Assembly (NCBI RefSeq): GCF_018977255.1
Contig: NW_024704743.1
Location: 78,742,001 to 78,806,000 of the forward strand
DNA: 64,000 bases
Source of the DNA: Callorhinchus milii
Taxonomy: Eukaryota
Direction: 5' to 3'
Numbering within the stretch: the stretch's first letter is position 1; each line of letters opens with the position of its first letter. Shown here piece after piece: positions 1 through 13,834 of the stretch. Made by a program: the position numbers and the translations under genes. The notes under the pieces were generated by a model. It saw only the letters and a list, made by a program, of their open reading frames with translations. It was not told the origin of the DNA and made no database searches.

Positions 1-1013
1 TTAACTATCAGCAACATGCAGATACAAGAGCACAGATGTGCAGCTGCTGTTACCATACGCGTAACTAACCCTAAAAAATCCCAAGCAAATCAAGGCACCA
101 GAATCGAGAGACATTATCGAGAGTATAATTTTGACTTTACAAGGGAACGGAAAATCAAAATGATTCTGCATGTAACGTAGTTTCCACTACTTCCTTCCTT
201 GAGTTTAAAAAAACTGACCTTAATCATTTCTCTCAGCATTCCTAGGACAACGTTTTGTCTCTTATAAGAAAATGCAATGTTAAATGTGCACAGTTTAGCA
301 AGTAAATTGTCCAAGAAAAGCTGCTTGATCTGTTAAGCGCTCTCGAGACACTACCTGCATGAAGAGCACTAATATGCACGTTGTGGAAATCCCTCTGCCT
401 CATTCCCACCCTATGCTTTCAAAATCCATCCAAAAATCTCTCTTGATGAACCTTCGGCAACTTAGATCCACCTCCCCCTAGCTCAAGCTTTGCGAAGCAT
501 CTTGGTGAAAGGTACCACATAAATTAAAATTGTTATTCATTATTAATTTAAAAAAAACAAGCAATCATTTTTTTCCCCCTGTGGTACTGAAGAAACGCAA
601 GTTGATTTGGTGGCGCTGGACAGGGGGGTAATTCTCAAAGCGCCATAACCACCTCCTTCCATTGCTCTCCACTCAAAATCGGTCTGACCCTTCACCTCTT
701 CACAAAGTACTTCTCTGAACTCTGAACATGTGGAGAAGTTAAATAATGAATGTGTGAACTGACTACAAGTCAAAAGAGGTGATTTTTGATTGCCACTGCT
801 CAATTCAAGCCATTGCTATCTCGAACTGGAACTTAACCCATGATAAAAAGGTCTCCCTATAATTTCTGCAATGCACATTCAGCACAGCCTCGCCCACTGA
901 AACTATGGGCATTCCAGTGAAACAAAGAACTCAAATACACACATCATCTTCAGAGGATTCATCAAAATATCATAGCTGACCACTTCAGTCACTGGCAGAG
1001 TTCATCAGAACAA

Positions 1014-1342
1014 GAATCTTGTAGCTCAGTGGTTAGAGCACTCGCCTTTCAAGCGAGAGATTTGGGTTTGATTCCCAGCAGGGCAAAATGTTGGGCACGT
1101 TTCCTTGCTCCACACGCCTCTTATTGGCGGATCGCTTTACCGGGGGTAATAATTCCTTCAAAAAAAATAATAATAAATTGGCCACTTCAATCCACGACTG
1201 TTTGTGGGACACTGCTGTGCGCAATTGCCTGCCACGTTTCACCCACAAAGTAGTCAATTCACTTTACAGTATATTCTGTGAAGCGCTTTGAGATGTCTCA
1301 AAGACATGATCAGGCACTATATCAAATTAAAGTATTATTATT
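1014..1342 (+). mobile_element. tRNA-headed SINE (family A)
   Basis: TAGCTCAGTGGTTAGAGC A-box head, GCTGTGCGCAATTG core, (TTA)n tail. Confidence 0.9.
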
Positions 1343-1374
1343 TGCCCTATCTCTGACAATGAGCTCAAAGCCCT

Positions 1375-1745
1375 TCACCAGGATTTGAGCTCAGTCTGGG
1401 CTGACACTCCAATTCTGTGCTGGGAGAGACTAACATTGTCCGAGGTGCTGCCCTTCAAATAAGACATTAAGCCAAGGTCTTGTCTGCTTGTCAAGGTGGA
1501 CGTCAACAAACATCTGGCTCTATTCAGAAAGAAAAGCGAGATTCCCGAATATCCTCACCACCAATCTTCAAATAAAATTGATTCACTTCAATGGCTGTGT
1601 GTGGGACATTGCTATGCAGGCATTGGATGACACTTTTGTCTGTAAATATAGTCACTACACTTCACAGTAAAATCCTGTGAAGCCATTTTAGTCTTATAGA
1701 CATCATGATCAGATGCTATGTCAAACGCAATGATTATTATTCTTA
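1375..1745 (+). mobile_element. Deu-domain SINE (family B), 5'-truncated
   Basis: CATTGTCCGAGGTGCTGCCCTTCAAATAAGACATTAAGCC core similar to 18805-19250. Confidence 0.75.
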
Positions 1746-2297
1746 TTCCTACTACCCCAAATACAGCCTTGAAATGGTATGTTTAATTTATACCGCTGAT
1801 GCACGTTGCATCAGCAGAACTGCTATTTAAGCTAAATTAAATGGCACAAATATCCATCTGGAGAGGTCATTATCTTTCCTTCCCACCCCAACCCCACCCC
1901 TTGTGCTGGCCAGTAGGGCAAGTGCCGAGCCCACCCTAACAGATCAGTGATGGTGGTTTGCAATCATCAGCCAGACTCCTGGTAACTGGAAGAGAGGCTC
2001 GGTGACCAGAAAAATATTCTGCCAATTATGAATTTCAAGCAAGTCAGTGGCACAGGAACAAGGTGGTTGTGCTGTGCTTGCAGTTTGCTGTTTATTGATC
2101 CTCCCTGAAAAAATAAACAAGCTGAATTCCACAATGCTCAGGTATCATAGAAAATCGGATTAGACACGCACAATGAATCTGGTTTATTCTTGTGTGGGAG
2201 TGAACCAAATAAGCAATTTCCTACATAAAACACATGAATAGCTTCCTATTCCAGTTTGCCCACTCCTACCAGGTACCCACAAATAACACCAGATCTG

Positions 2298-2322
2298 NNN
2301 NNNNNNNNNNNNNNNNNNNNNN
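2298..2322. other. Assembly gap (25 N)
   Basis: Run of 25 n. Confidence 0.99.
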
Positions 2323-4823
2323 AACAAAACTCCTTTGCATAACTGCTTGCTCATTAAGGATGCTCACTCATAACATGTAAATATGGCTTCCCTGTTAATT
2401 CCTGATATAGTAGAAGGAACAACAACAAATTTCATTTATATAATGCCTTTCACATTGGGAGGACATCCAAAGGCACTGGACAGTCAAGGATTTGCACTCA
2501 AATGGGGTTGGAATCAAGAGAGGTGGAAAGCAAGGTGAATGGGGGTGGAGGATTATCAAAGATGCAGTCAAAGAGGAAGGTCTTGAGACAAGTATTGAAT
2601 GGGGCAAGGCGAAGAGATTCCACAATGGTGTTCCAGAGGGTGGGGGAAGAATGGCTGAAGGTCTGACCACCAATGGTGGGGCAGGCAGGATGGGGGACAT
2701 GGAGCAACAACATCTGTCCCTGTCAAGAGGAGGTTGGTATGGTTTTAGTTGATCGCAGAGGAGGAGCAAGACCATGGAGGGCTTTAAAAGAGAGGACAAG
2801 GATCTTAAGCTCTGTCCTCTGAGTCAATTAACCTAAAACAATAACAACAAAATTACATTTGTATAGCACCTTTCAGGTCAAGAGGACATCCCAAGGTGCT
2901 GGACAATCAATGTTTCGGACCCGGATTGGGGAGGGTGGAGGGCAGGGGGGGGAAGGAGGGTGACCGAAAGCACAGGTCGAAGAAGACTTGAGATGGGTCT
3001 TAAAGGAAGCAAAGGAAGGGGGCGAGGTGGAGGAACTGTGAGATGGAGTTCCAGAGGGTGGGGCAGAGTCGCAGAAGGCCCGCTCCATGAGGGATGAGTG
3101 AAGCAGGCTGGAGCCAGCTGAGGGAGGGAGCGGGCAGTTAGGTTAGGAGAGGTAGGGCGCAAGATCATGGAGGGCTTTGAAGTGAGACTAGGATCTTGAA
3201 CTGTATCACTGTATCCTCTGTGTGATGGACACCAGTGGAGTCAGGCAAGGATGGGGGCGATAGGGTCGCAGAGCCTGATGCAGGAGAGGAGATGGGTTGC
3301 ACACTTTTGGATGATCTGCAGTCTATGGAGGGTGGATGGGGAGGCCGACAAGCAATGAATTTGTGTAGTCAAGCCTGGATGTTATGAATGCATGTATGAG
3401 GGTCTCGGGGCCTGCAATCTGAGACAGTGGTGGAGCTGGGCGATGTTGCGTAGGTGGGGCTTTTCTAATCATTGAAGCATTGAGTATCAAATACCAAGCT
3501 CTGTGACTAAGATAAGAGGATCGACTCCCAGAGCTTAGTGCGAGAGACGATACAAGCTGAAGAGTTCTGATTAAGATGCAGATTGTGGAGGAAAGCATTG
3601 GGAAGCCCAACAAGCAGGGTGTTAGGAAAGTCTGGACATGATGAAAGCATGGATGAGGGTCTCAGCAGCCTGAGGGGAGAGGCAGTGGTGGAGACGGGCA
3701 ATGTTGGAGAGGTGGGGGAAGGCACAGCAGGTAATGTGGAAGAGACAGATAGACAAAATGTACATAGAGGAGAGGAGCAAGGACAGAACTCTGAGGAATG
3801 CTGCATATGATGGTGTGAGAGCTGGAGGAGAAGCTCTTAGTAGATACAAAGTAGAGACAATGGGAAAGGTAAAAGTGAACATCCAGTATCCACACTAATT
3901 AAGACCGGAGACTGCTTGTGATTATGAGATTAGTGCAGCTATTGGGTAATTGCCCAGAAAACAATGTGGAGTATTGTATTGTTTGGGGAGGTCCTAGCTG
4001 GACAAGCAGCGAAAAGCTTGCTTTTAATAGAAACTAGGCTTAGGAGCCACTGAATGTGCGTTGGGGTACTGAAGGAGTTCAATCAGCTAAAATATGCATA
4101 GGTTTCTATGTACATTTTGTCTATCAGACATCCGGCTGACCAAACAACTTACAGTGTAGCCTGTGAAGTCCTTTGAAATGTCTCAACACATAATAAGGCA
4201 CTATATTATATGCAAGGCTTATTACAATACTCTCTGGAATTGGGTAAGAAGAGTGCATCTCTCCAGAGACATTCCAGACAAAGAGACATTTTCATGTATA
4301 GGTGGAATTTTGTCTGATTTGCGTACGCTTAAATGTGTTTCTTCATTTGTCGGATACTCGGATGACCAAAAATATGTAATTTATCCAAATGATGTGTCTC
4401 TTTCTCTGTTTTGTTGAAGTTGATCAATGTACCTTCCCTGTTTCACCAAGCAGTTTCGAAAAATAATCTACTGTTCATTTTTTAGGGATTCTGTTTTGTC
4501 TGAGTATACTGTACTTCCTAATGGCCCATTTAACACCTCATTCCCTGATCTATAATAACTATTAGTGTATTTTGCTCAGAGATTGAAAGATTTTGTTTCT
4601 GCTACCGAATTCCTATTGAATGAAAATTTTCTTGCATATATGGAGCTCTTAGCGTCCAAGTTTGGCTCGGACACTTTTAAATAGAGTGATGGGTTTCTGC
4701 ATATGCCAGCCATTCAACTGACTAAAATAAACAGTGAAGAGTCTGAAGTCCTGCAATGCACGGTGAAATTGTAATGCAAAGCCAGTTCTTCAATTCAGAG
4801 TTCTGGGTATTCAATGTCAACTG
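2323..4823 (+). repeat. Copy 1 of a ~2.5-kb near-identical direct duplication
   Basis: Matches 11326-13834 almost base for base; several ORF translations in the track are identical between the two. Confidence 0.97.
2415..3810 (-). mobile_element. Cluster of decayed L2 LINE 3' fragments (also at 11420-12820)
   Basis: Translations include [23 protein letters not shown] and [23 protein letters not shown]; (TTG)n tails. Confidence 0.85.
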
Positions 4824-5554
4824 CAATGAGCATTTTAGTCAGATGAGGCCTGTAACTAATTTTTAACTAATTTATTTAACAAAAACTTTTAATCCCAATT
4901 CTTCATGTGTTGACATCAAGATTGTATCATTTAAAATAGAAAATACAACAAACAATTAAAATGATAATTTCTCTGAATAGGAGAATACTGAGGAATTACA
5001 AGTTGCTGGATTTTCTCCAGGTCAGGATTATAGATGAACTGTATCAGGTTGTGCAAATTAGCTACAAAATATAATTTTAACTGTGGCAGGGAGGTGAAGA
5101 AACAGCAGAGTCAAGTAGATTTAAAGTTAAATATCTTAATACACCCAAGGCTACCCAAAATTTAAAAGAAAACAATTTCTCAATAGTTGTCCTGTAATCT
5201 GATTGTTCTGAGATTATCATGTCTTTTCCTGCAGCCCTGCTACTGGTTCATAAGAGGGGACGCACACACGAGGCAGGGCAACTCCTGCTACTGAAGAAGT
5301 GGCTCACCCAACATAAGGATTACTCAATAACAAATCACAAGTATGAACTCCACATATCATTGCATCGTGGCTCAATGCATTGCAACAGACCTCTTGCATG
5401 ATCTGGCAATGAAAATGCGTTCAGTTAAAATCTCCACCCAAACAGTAGCAATTCTGGGTCAATGAACCAGAACACTCCACTTAGCTACTTGAGCCTGCTG
5501 AATGCTTAGTGAAATATACTCAGGATTACCATACAGTCTTCTCCAATCCTGAAT

Positions 5555-5858
5555 TTAATAATAATAATAATTCTTGCATTTGATATAGCGCTTTTCACAT
5601 CTTCTAGATGTCTCAAAGCGCTTCACAGAATAGACTTTAAAATGAACTGACCGTATATTTGTGGGAGAAACGCGGCAGTAGTGCCCACAAACAGTTGTGG
5701 ATTGAGTGATCAAATTATTATTTTATTTTTTTTTCTTGAGGGATTATTATCAGATGTGTAGAGTAAGAAAATTTACCGAAGGTTTCATCCTGCCAGGAAT
5801 CGAACCCAGGACTCTCGCTTGCGAGCTGAGTGCTCTAACCACTGAGTTACAGGACTCC
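5555..5858 (-). mobile_element. SINE family A
   Basis: Reverse complement of the tRNA head (ctctaaccactgagttacaggactcc) and (AAT)n tail. Confidence 0.9.
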
Positions 5859-6549
5859 ACAATATTAAGGCAATATTGCAAACTTTAAAGCAATGGGAGA
5901 AACATTTGTGCATGTCAACTGGCCACATGCGTTAACTCTACAGCCATGTTAAAGATCATAGAAATCTTGGACCTCGATACAAGCAATGGGCAAATCAAGT
6001 TGCTGCAAAAACAATTGCAATCTGCAGATGTTAGATTAAATGTGGGATTGCAGAAAAACAGCTAAGCCAAGATTCCAAAGATGTTTCCACATACCAGTAG
6101 CAGATGGTACTCATCATCCATGAAAGAAAGCTGCCCCTTCAGCAGTTATTTGCATATTCTATTTAAAGAACATTTTTCACACTTCTTGTCTGTAAGTTGC
6201 AGTTGGTTTATAGCATTTTGTACTATAAGATAGTTAAAATTCAATAGCAATACATACACTATTATTCTCTTGACCCTTCCCCAGTATTCTCCCTCGTTCC
6301 CCAAGGATCCCTCCTTACAGTGGAAAGACCACCCTCCAATAATTTTGCATGCAATTCTCTACATGTGAGCTGAGACATTAAAAGTCAGCACATTATTTGA
6401 CTAACTGAAGGATTTGGGGGGAACAGGGGAAGAGAGCAAAAGGGAGCATTACATCTGTAACAGATGAAAGGGAATAAATATCAATATAGGCACACTATCT
6501 GCATTAAAGGTTGTCCTCATCCTAACACAAAACGTATGTACTTTTCAGC

Positions 6550-6785
6550 AGGAGTTCTCTGCCCCCACCCCCTGGAACTCCATCCTGCAGCATTCCTGCC
6601 TCGCCTCCTTCAAGATCCAGCAAAAGACCCTCTACTTCACCTGTGCTTTTGATCTCCCTGCCTCCCCCTCTGCCCTCCAGCCTCCCCGACCCTGACTCCC
6701 AGCTCGGGTCCAAAACACTAGTTGGCCAGCGCCTTGAGACGTCCACCCGACATGAAACACGCTATACCAATATAATTTGTTTCTG
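6550..6785 (+). mobile_element. L2 3' end fragment
   Basis: GCGCCTTGAGACGTCCACCCGACATGAAACACGC tail hairpin after a C-rich segment. Confidence 0.75.
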
Positions 6786-7749
6786 GTAGTAGGCCAAGAC
6801 AATGTGCCTTTATGGATGTACTGAGCTGTTTTCTGGTGGGGAAAATACATGGTAACCAAAGCCTCAGGAAGAAACAGAGTAGGGTAGTTCACTTTGCTCA
6901 TCTGGTTGGTGTTTTGTCAAGAGTTTAAATGAAGATCCACGTCTGAAAGCAGAGACACCAATCCATTTGTTCTGCTGCCAAAGCTGCTGGAAGCAGGATG
7001 GTAATAAAAATCTAACAAGCAATTCCTTGCATGGTTCACACCACAAACAACTGTGGAGAACTGCCTGGTTTACACTAAAAACCATGTAGTGGATGAACAG
7101 TAGCACCAGCTCATTCCTGGCCGCACTTTATCAGTAGTTTTGATGGTGGCAACATTGTGTTTTTCCAGCCAGCAGATCACCCCGGCAAGCAATAAGGGGT
7201 CCTTTCCACAATGCTTAGCTGTGCAGACCTTTTGCAGAGATCAGGGTCAAGCTGTGACTTAATGAACAATGTAAACAGAGCAGGATCTTGCCTCCAGCCT
7301 CGGACTACTTTCAGTAGTATTTACATGACTCCTAAATTACTGGCACCAAAACAGCAGGTGGGGCTGTGTCTGGGAGAGGGAGAAACATCATCACAATGTA
7401 GTTGTAGTGGGTGTCATGCGCAAGGAGAGATCTCCTGCCGCACACGTTTGTTGCTTGTGGAACCCAAATAGAAATGAGCGAAAAGTGAAACGAAAACAAA
7501 GCAAATAGAGGCTGCAGAATAAACAAAAAGCAAAGTAGTTTGACAACTGGGCACTGCTCTCTTTGTACTGCTAGCCCTCACCTTCCCTGGCTTTGAAACT
7601 TGCTCTTGGGAGGCTCCAGAAGGAAACATATGACTCTTCATGTCACCTTGTCCACAAGATTCATGGACACGATGAAGTCACCAGCGACATGTCTGTGTAC
7701 AAACTTATATCTTGTGCACACGTGTGAAGGAAAGCTGGCTGACAAACAG

Positions 7750-8061
7750 ATAATAATAATCCTTGCATTTGATATAGCGCGTTTCACGTCGGGAGGACGT
7801 CCCAAAGAGCTTTACAGAATATACTGTAAAGTGAATTGACTGTATATTTGTGGGCGAACGCGGCAGCCAATTGCGCACAGCAATGTCCCACAAACAGTCG
7901 TAGATTGAAAATGACCAATTTATTATTGTTTTTGGTTTTGGAGGGATTACTATTAGGCGTGTGGAGTAAGGAAACTTGCCCAAGGTTTCCCTCTGCCTGG
8001 AATTGAAATCAGGTCTCTCACTTGCAAAGCAAGTGCTCTAACCACTGAGCTACAGGACTCC
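7750..8061 (-). mobile_element. SINE family A, short young subfamily
   Basis: Nearly identical to 23865-24226 and 58904-59239. Confidence 0.93.
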
Positions 8062-9537
8062 GCAATAATCCATTAACACAACCATTCCCCATCACAAGCT
8101 CCATCTGCAGCATTTCTCCGCCCACCCCCAACACGCTTCCCAGGCTTTTGGCTTTTGGAGATTTTTACTACTTCCACTGCCCACACCCCACGAATGCAAG
8201 CTAAAGAACCCTCTGAAGTTTGATCAAATCAAGCAAATCACTCAAAGCCGAAATTCAATTTGCTGAAGACAAATGAACATATTTTTTCCATCGGATTAGT
8301 TACAGTAGATAGGTATGATAAAGATGTGTGCAGTGTGCCAATCTACTGAGGTCAAGTGCCTTCAGAGTTGACAGTTTACTTATCAAAATGGTGTCATGTT
8401 AACACTAATGTGGTAGGATCTAACATTTGTGGTTTGAGCAGGGTAGGACAAACTCAATAACAGATTTTCACCAGAATTTCAAAACCCAAACCACTGAGGT
8501 TTCACAGCATGACCAACAACAGTAACTGAACATTCTGCACGCTCGATATCGTGCAAAGACCAGTATCGTGCACAGACATCCGCAATTATCAGAATAAAAT
8601 ATTCAGAAACTACACCATTACCCTCAACATTAATTTAACCCAAAATAGAACTCTGGAAAATGACCTGAATCTGAACGTCAGTCTCATTAATTATATACAG
8701 AAATGCAATTTCTTATTCTCATTTTTATCTACTTTTTTTTCCCTGGCCAATATTCTTCCCTTTGTTTTCACCTGGAAGGATTGACTTGTGCTTCTTTTCA
8801 GCTCCACAGCTGCCAGCAGTACTCTGTTATCTCGCCCAAGTCCCTATTCTAATAAAAATAATAATCCTTGCATTTGATATAACACTTTTCACGTCTTCTA
8901 GACGTCTCAAAGCACTTCACAGAATATACTGTGTGAACTGACTGAACATTTTGTGGGCAAAATATTCTCTCACCCAAGCCAAGACAATAAGCGTTAGCAA
9001 GTCATTCCACTGATGAGAACATTTTAGCCATGCACAATGCTGGGCTCTCCAATCCATTACAGAGAGTAAACCATTTTCCTCTCTCCACCCCATTGCAAAT
9101 TTCAAAATATGCGACTAAAAAAAAATGTGCTGTTAGTACGTGCTGCATTTATACTTAGGTCTCCTTAAATAAGTCCTTTTGTATTGTAGCCCAAGGATCA
9201 TGAAGCTACAGAATTCATGCCATTTACAGTGCAGCGTCATAACATAGTGTTTGGCATCCATAAATCTTAGCCACAATCGTGGCAAGGCACACGCACAGAA
9301 CGTGCAGTGTGGCAGAGAGGTGGAGGTCCTGGCCAGGGACTGGATTATGGGTCAGCAGGTCTCCGCAACGTTTCTTCCAGTTTTCTGCACACGCACAAAG
9401 TGGAAAGTGTTGTTGAACGTGACTTCAAGAACTAGAAGTCGATCATTTCAGCACGAAAAGCTGACTGGCACGTGGGAAATGAATAACATCGTTATGGCAA
9501 GACTGCACTGTACATCACTGGCCTGGTTCCATGGTAC

Positions 9538-10515
9538 AAAAACAACAACTTGCATTTATAGAGTCCCCTTCATGCCGGACAGCGTATCGGAGAGCTTAAC
9601 AGTGCCGCCCCAGGGGGAAGGGGAAGGTGACCGTAGACATGATCGAAGAGGAAGGTCTTCAAGTGCGATCTGAAAATGGGGAGAAAAAGGGCAAGGCAAG
9701 GGGATTGAGGGAGACTTCCACAGCTTCGGGGAATAGTGGTTGAAGCATGAGCAGTGATAACAGGGCAGAGGATCTGGGGGATAAGGAGGAGGCTGGAGCC
9801 AGTCAAGCGGAGGCAGCGGGTAGTATAGGGAGAGAGCAGATTGGAAAGATAGGGGAGTGCCAGGGCGTGAAGAGATTTAAAGGGAAGAGTGAGGATCTTG
9901 AAATCAATCCGCTCTGTGACAGGGATAATGGAGGTACAGAGTTTGGTGCAGGTGAGAATGCGGGCAGCGGAGTTTCAAATTAGTTGAATTTTGTGAATAT
10001 TGGAGCAGGGGAGTCCATCGAGAAGAATATTTGAGTAGTTGAGGTGGGAGGTGACAAATGTGTGAACGAGGGTTTCGGACGCTTTTGGAGTGAGGTATGA
10101 ACAGAGGTGGGCAATGTGGAGGAGATGGAGGAAAGCGGGCCTGGCCTGGGCAGTGTGGCAGAGAGGTGGAGGTCCTGGCCAGGGACTGGATGTGGGGTAG
10201 GAAGGAAAGCTGTGAATGGGTTCGGTGAGTCTTAGGGAGAGATCGGGGAGAGTGAAGAGGTCAGGCCTTAGGGAGAGATCAGGGAGGGTGAGGAGGTCTG
10301 AGCTTAGGGGGAGATCGGGGAAGATGAAGAGGTCTGAACCGCAGGAGAGAAGACTTTGACAGGAGCCAAAGAGTGTGACACTTGTCAACGTTCAGCTGCA
10401 GGAATTTTGCGCTCATCCAGGCCTTGAGGTCTGCCAGACAAGTTGACAGAACATCAGTGGACTGGGAATCGCAGCTGGAGGAAGAGAAGTAGATGTGTGT
10501 GTCATCCGAATGGCA
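9538..10515 (-). mobile_element. Decayed L2 LINE fragment
   Basis: DDTHIYFS...LADLKAWMSAKFLQLNVDK and ETLVHTFVTSHLNYSNILLDGLP, RT C-terminal motifs. Confidence 0.88.
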
Positions 10516-11325
10516 GCTAGAACAGCAGCTGTGCAAACACAAACATCCAGCTAAAGTCAAGGATGGTGTCGGCAACGACATGACAAGATAAATACAAAAA
10601 TAATCTGAAGACTCTCCCCCAAAATCCAGTGAAACAATCTAATTGTTGACTTCTGAAAAAGGACACCAGTGCCAATTTGATGGCAATTCTTCGAAAGCTG
10701 GAATTCCTGGAACGGCTCAACTATCAATGAGTAAAGCTGGCCTCCCTAGAAATGTATCTTCAGGGATGGGGTGGAAACATCTGTGGCACCACACAAAGCA
10801 CAATCAAATTGGACTGACATGGCTTTCGGTAAATGGCCTTTATTCCAACATTAATACAATGCTACATTGGCACATTCACAGCAGATCGCTGCTATTTTGG
10901 CAAATAAAACTGGTGCAGTGAATCAACCTGCTTTGGAGTCTTACACACAAGATGCCTCAATATAGGAGTAGGATTAGCTTGGGTGCTAATCATACCCAGT
11001 CCACAGTGCTCTCGTGGAAGTTCCTGGCCTTCCAAAAGGATGAACACTGTAGGAAGAGTACAATAAATCAAACTTCCACCACATTAGTACAAGACTTCTG
11101 GAAGCGAAGTTGCTTCACTTCCAGTAGAATAGCCTCGTAACAACACAGGGGCTACACCATGCAACTGCATCACTGGATATCAGAATAGCAAGATCAAGAA
11201 CAGAACACAATAATCCTTGCAGTTGACATGTCAGCAGAAAGCAAGACTGTGATGAAATCCAGATCAAAAGGTCAGAAATCTACTGCAATGGTTCAACATT
11301 CCACAGCAAACCTGTGTGCAAGACT

Positions 11326-13834
11326 AACAAAACTCCTTTGCATAACTGCTTGCTCATTAAGGATGCTCACTCATAACATGTAAATATGGCTTCCCTGTTA
11401 ATTCCTGATATAGTAGAAGGAACAACAACAAATTTCATTTATATAATGCCTTTCACATTGGGAGGACATCCAAAGGCACTGGACAGTCAAGGATTTGCAC
11501 TCAAATGGGGTTGGAATCAAGAGAGGTGGAAAGCAAGGTGAATGGGGGTGGGAGGATTATCAAAGATGCAGTCAAAGAGGAAGGTCTTGAGACAAGTATT
11601 GAATGGGGCAAGGCGAAGAGATTCCACAATGGTGTTCCAGAGGGTGGGGGAAGAATGGCTGAAGGTCTGACCACCAATGGTGGGGCAGGCAGGATGGGGG
11701 ACATGGAGCAACAACATCTGTCCCTGTCAAGAGGAGGTTGGTATGGTTTTAGTTGATCGCAGAGGAGGAGCAAGACCATGGAGGGCTTTAAAAGAGAGGA
11801 CAAGGATCTTAAGCTCTGTCCTCTGAGTCAATTAACCTAAAACAATAACAACAAAATTACATTTGTATAGCACCTTTCAGGTCAAGAGGACATCCCAAGG
11901 TGCTGGACAATCAATGTTTCGGACCCGGATTGGGGAGGGTGGAGGGCAGGCGGGGGGGAAGGAGGGTGACCGAAGGCACAGTCGAAGAAGAACCTTGAGA
12001 TGGGTCTTAAAGGAAGCAAAGGAAGGGGGCGAGGTGGAGGAACTGTGAGATGGAGTTCCAGAGGGTGGGGCAGAGTCGCAGAAGGCCCGCTCCATGAGGG
12101 ATGTGAAGCAGGCTGGAGCCAGTTGAGTGGAGGGAGCGGGCAAGTTGGTTAGAAGGTAGGGCGCAAGATCATGGAGGGCTTTGAAAGTGATGACTAGGAT
12201 CTTGAACTGTATCACTGTATCCTCTGTGTGATGGGACACCAGTGGAGTCAGGCAAGGATGCGGGCGATAGGGTCGCAGAGCCTGATGCAGGAGAGGAGAT
12301 GGGTTGCACACTTTTGGATGATCTGCAGTCTATGGAGGGTGGAGTTGGGGAGGCCGACAAGCAATGAATTTGTGTAGTCAAGCCTGGATGTTATGAATGC
12401 ATGTATGAGGGTCTCGGGGGCCTGCAATCTGAGACAGTGGTGGAGCTGGGCGATGTTGCGTAGGTGGGGCTTTTCTAATCATTGAAGCATTGAGTATCAA
12501 ATACCAAGCTCTGTGACTAAGATAAGAGGATCGACTCCCAGAGCTTAGTGCGAGAGACGATACAAGCTGAAGAGTTCTGATTAAGATGCAGATTGTGGAG
12601 GAAAGCATTGGGAAGCCCAACAAGCAGGGTGTTAGGAAAGTCTGGACATGATGAAAGCATGGATGAGGGTCTCAGCAGCCTGAGGGGAGAGGCAGTGGTG
12701 GAGACGGGCAATGTTGGAGAGGTGGGGGAAGGCACAGCAGGTAATGTGGAAGAGACAGATAGACAAAATGTACATAGAGGAGAGGAGCAAGGACAGAACT
12801 CTGAGGAATGCTGCATATGATGGTGTGAGAGCTGGAGGAGAAGCTCTTAGTAGATACAAAGTAGAGACAATGGGAAAGGTAAAAGTGAACATCCAGTATC
12901 CACACTAATTAAGACCGGAGACTGCTTGTGATTATGAGATTAGTGCAGCTATTGGGTAATTGCCCAGAAAACAATGTGGAGTATTGTATTGTTTGGGGGA
13001 GGTCCTAGCTGGACAAGCAGCGAAAAGCTTGCTTTTAATAGAAACTAGGCTTAGGAGCCACTGAATGTGCGTTGGGGTACTGAAGGAGTTCAATCAGCTA
13101 AAATATGCATAGGTTTCTATGTACATTTTGTCTATCAGACATCCGGCTGACCAAACAACTTACAGTGTAGCCTGTGAAGTCCTTTGAAATGTCTCAACAC
13201 ATAATAAGGCACTATATTATATGCAAGGCTTATTACAATACTCTCTGGAATTGGGTAAGAAGAGTGCATCTCTCCAGAGACATTCCAGACAAAGAGACAT
13301 TTTCATGTATAGGTGGAATTTTGTCTGATTTGCGTACGCTTAAATGTGTTTCTTCATTTGTCGGATACTCGGATGACCAAAAATATGTAATTTATCCAAA
13401 TGATGTGTCTCTTTCTCTGTTTTGTTGAAGTTGATCAATGTACCTTCCCTGTTTCACCAAGCAGTTTCGAACAAATAATCTACTGTTCATTTTTAGGGAT
13501 TCTGTTTTGTCTGAGTATACTGTACTTCCTAATGGCCCATTTAACACCTCATTCCCTGATCTATAATAACTATTAGTGTATTTTGCTCAGAGATTGAAAG
13601 ATTTTGTTTCTGCTACCGAATTCCTATTGAATGAAAATTTTCTTGCATATATGGAGCTCTTAGCGTCCAAGTTTGGCTCGGACACTTTTAAATAGAGTGA
13701 TGGGTTTCTGCATATGCCAGCCATTCAACTGACTAAAATAAACAGTGAAGAGTCTGAAGTCCTGCAATGCACGGTGAAATTGTAATGCAAAGCCAGTTCT
13801 TCAATTCAGAGTTCTGGGTATTCAATGTCAACTG
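11326..13834 (+). repeat. Copy 2 of the ~2.5-kb duplication
   Basis: Matches 2323-4823. Confidence 0.97.

Noticed and set aside
543..803. 86-aa ORF plus REST half-site and CTCF-like motifs
   Set aside because: No convincing donor or domain, and the motifs are only partial matches.
1291..1310. Apparent compensatory changes in the SINE tail stem (ATGTC/GACAT)
   Set aside because: Both changes are CpG transitions, so methylation decay explains them without selection.
4230..4660. Protein-like stretches on the minus strand within the duplicated block
   Set aside because: Interrupted by stops, with no recognisable domain or clear splice pair.
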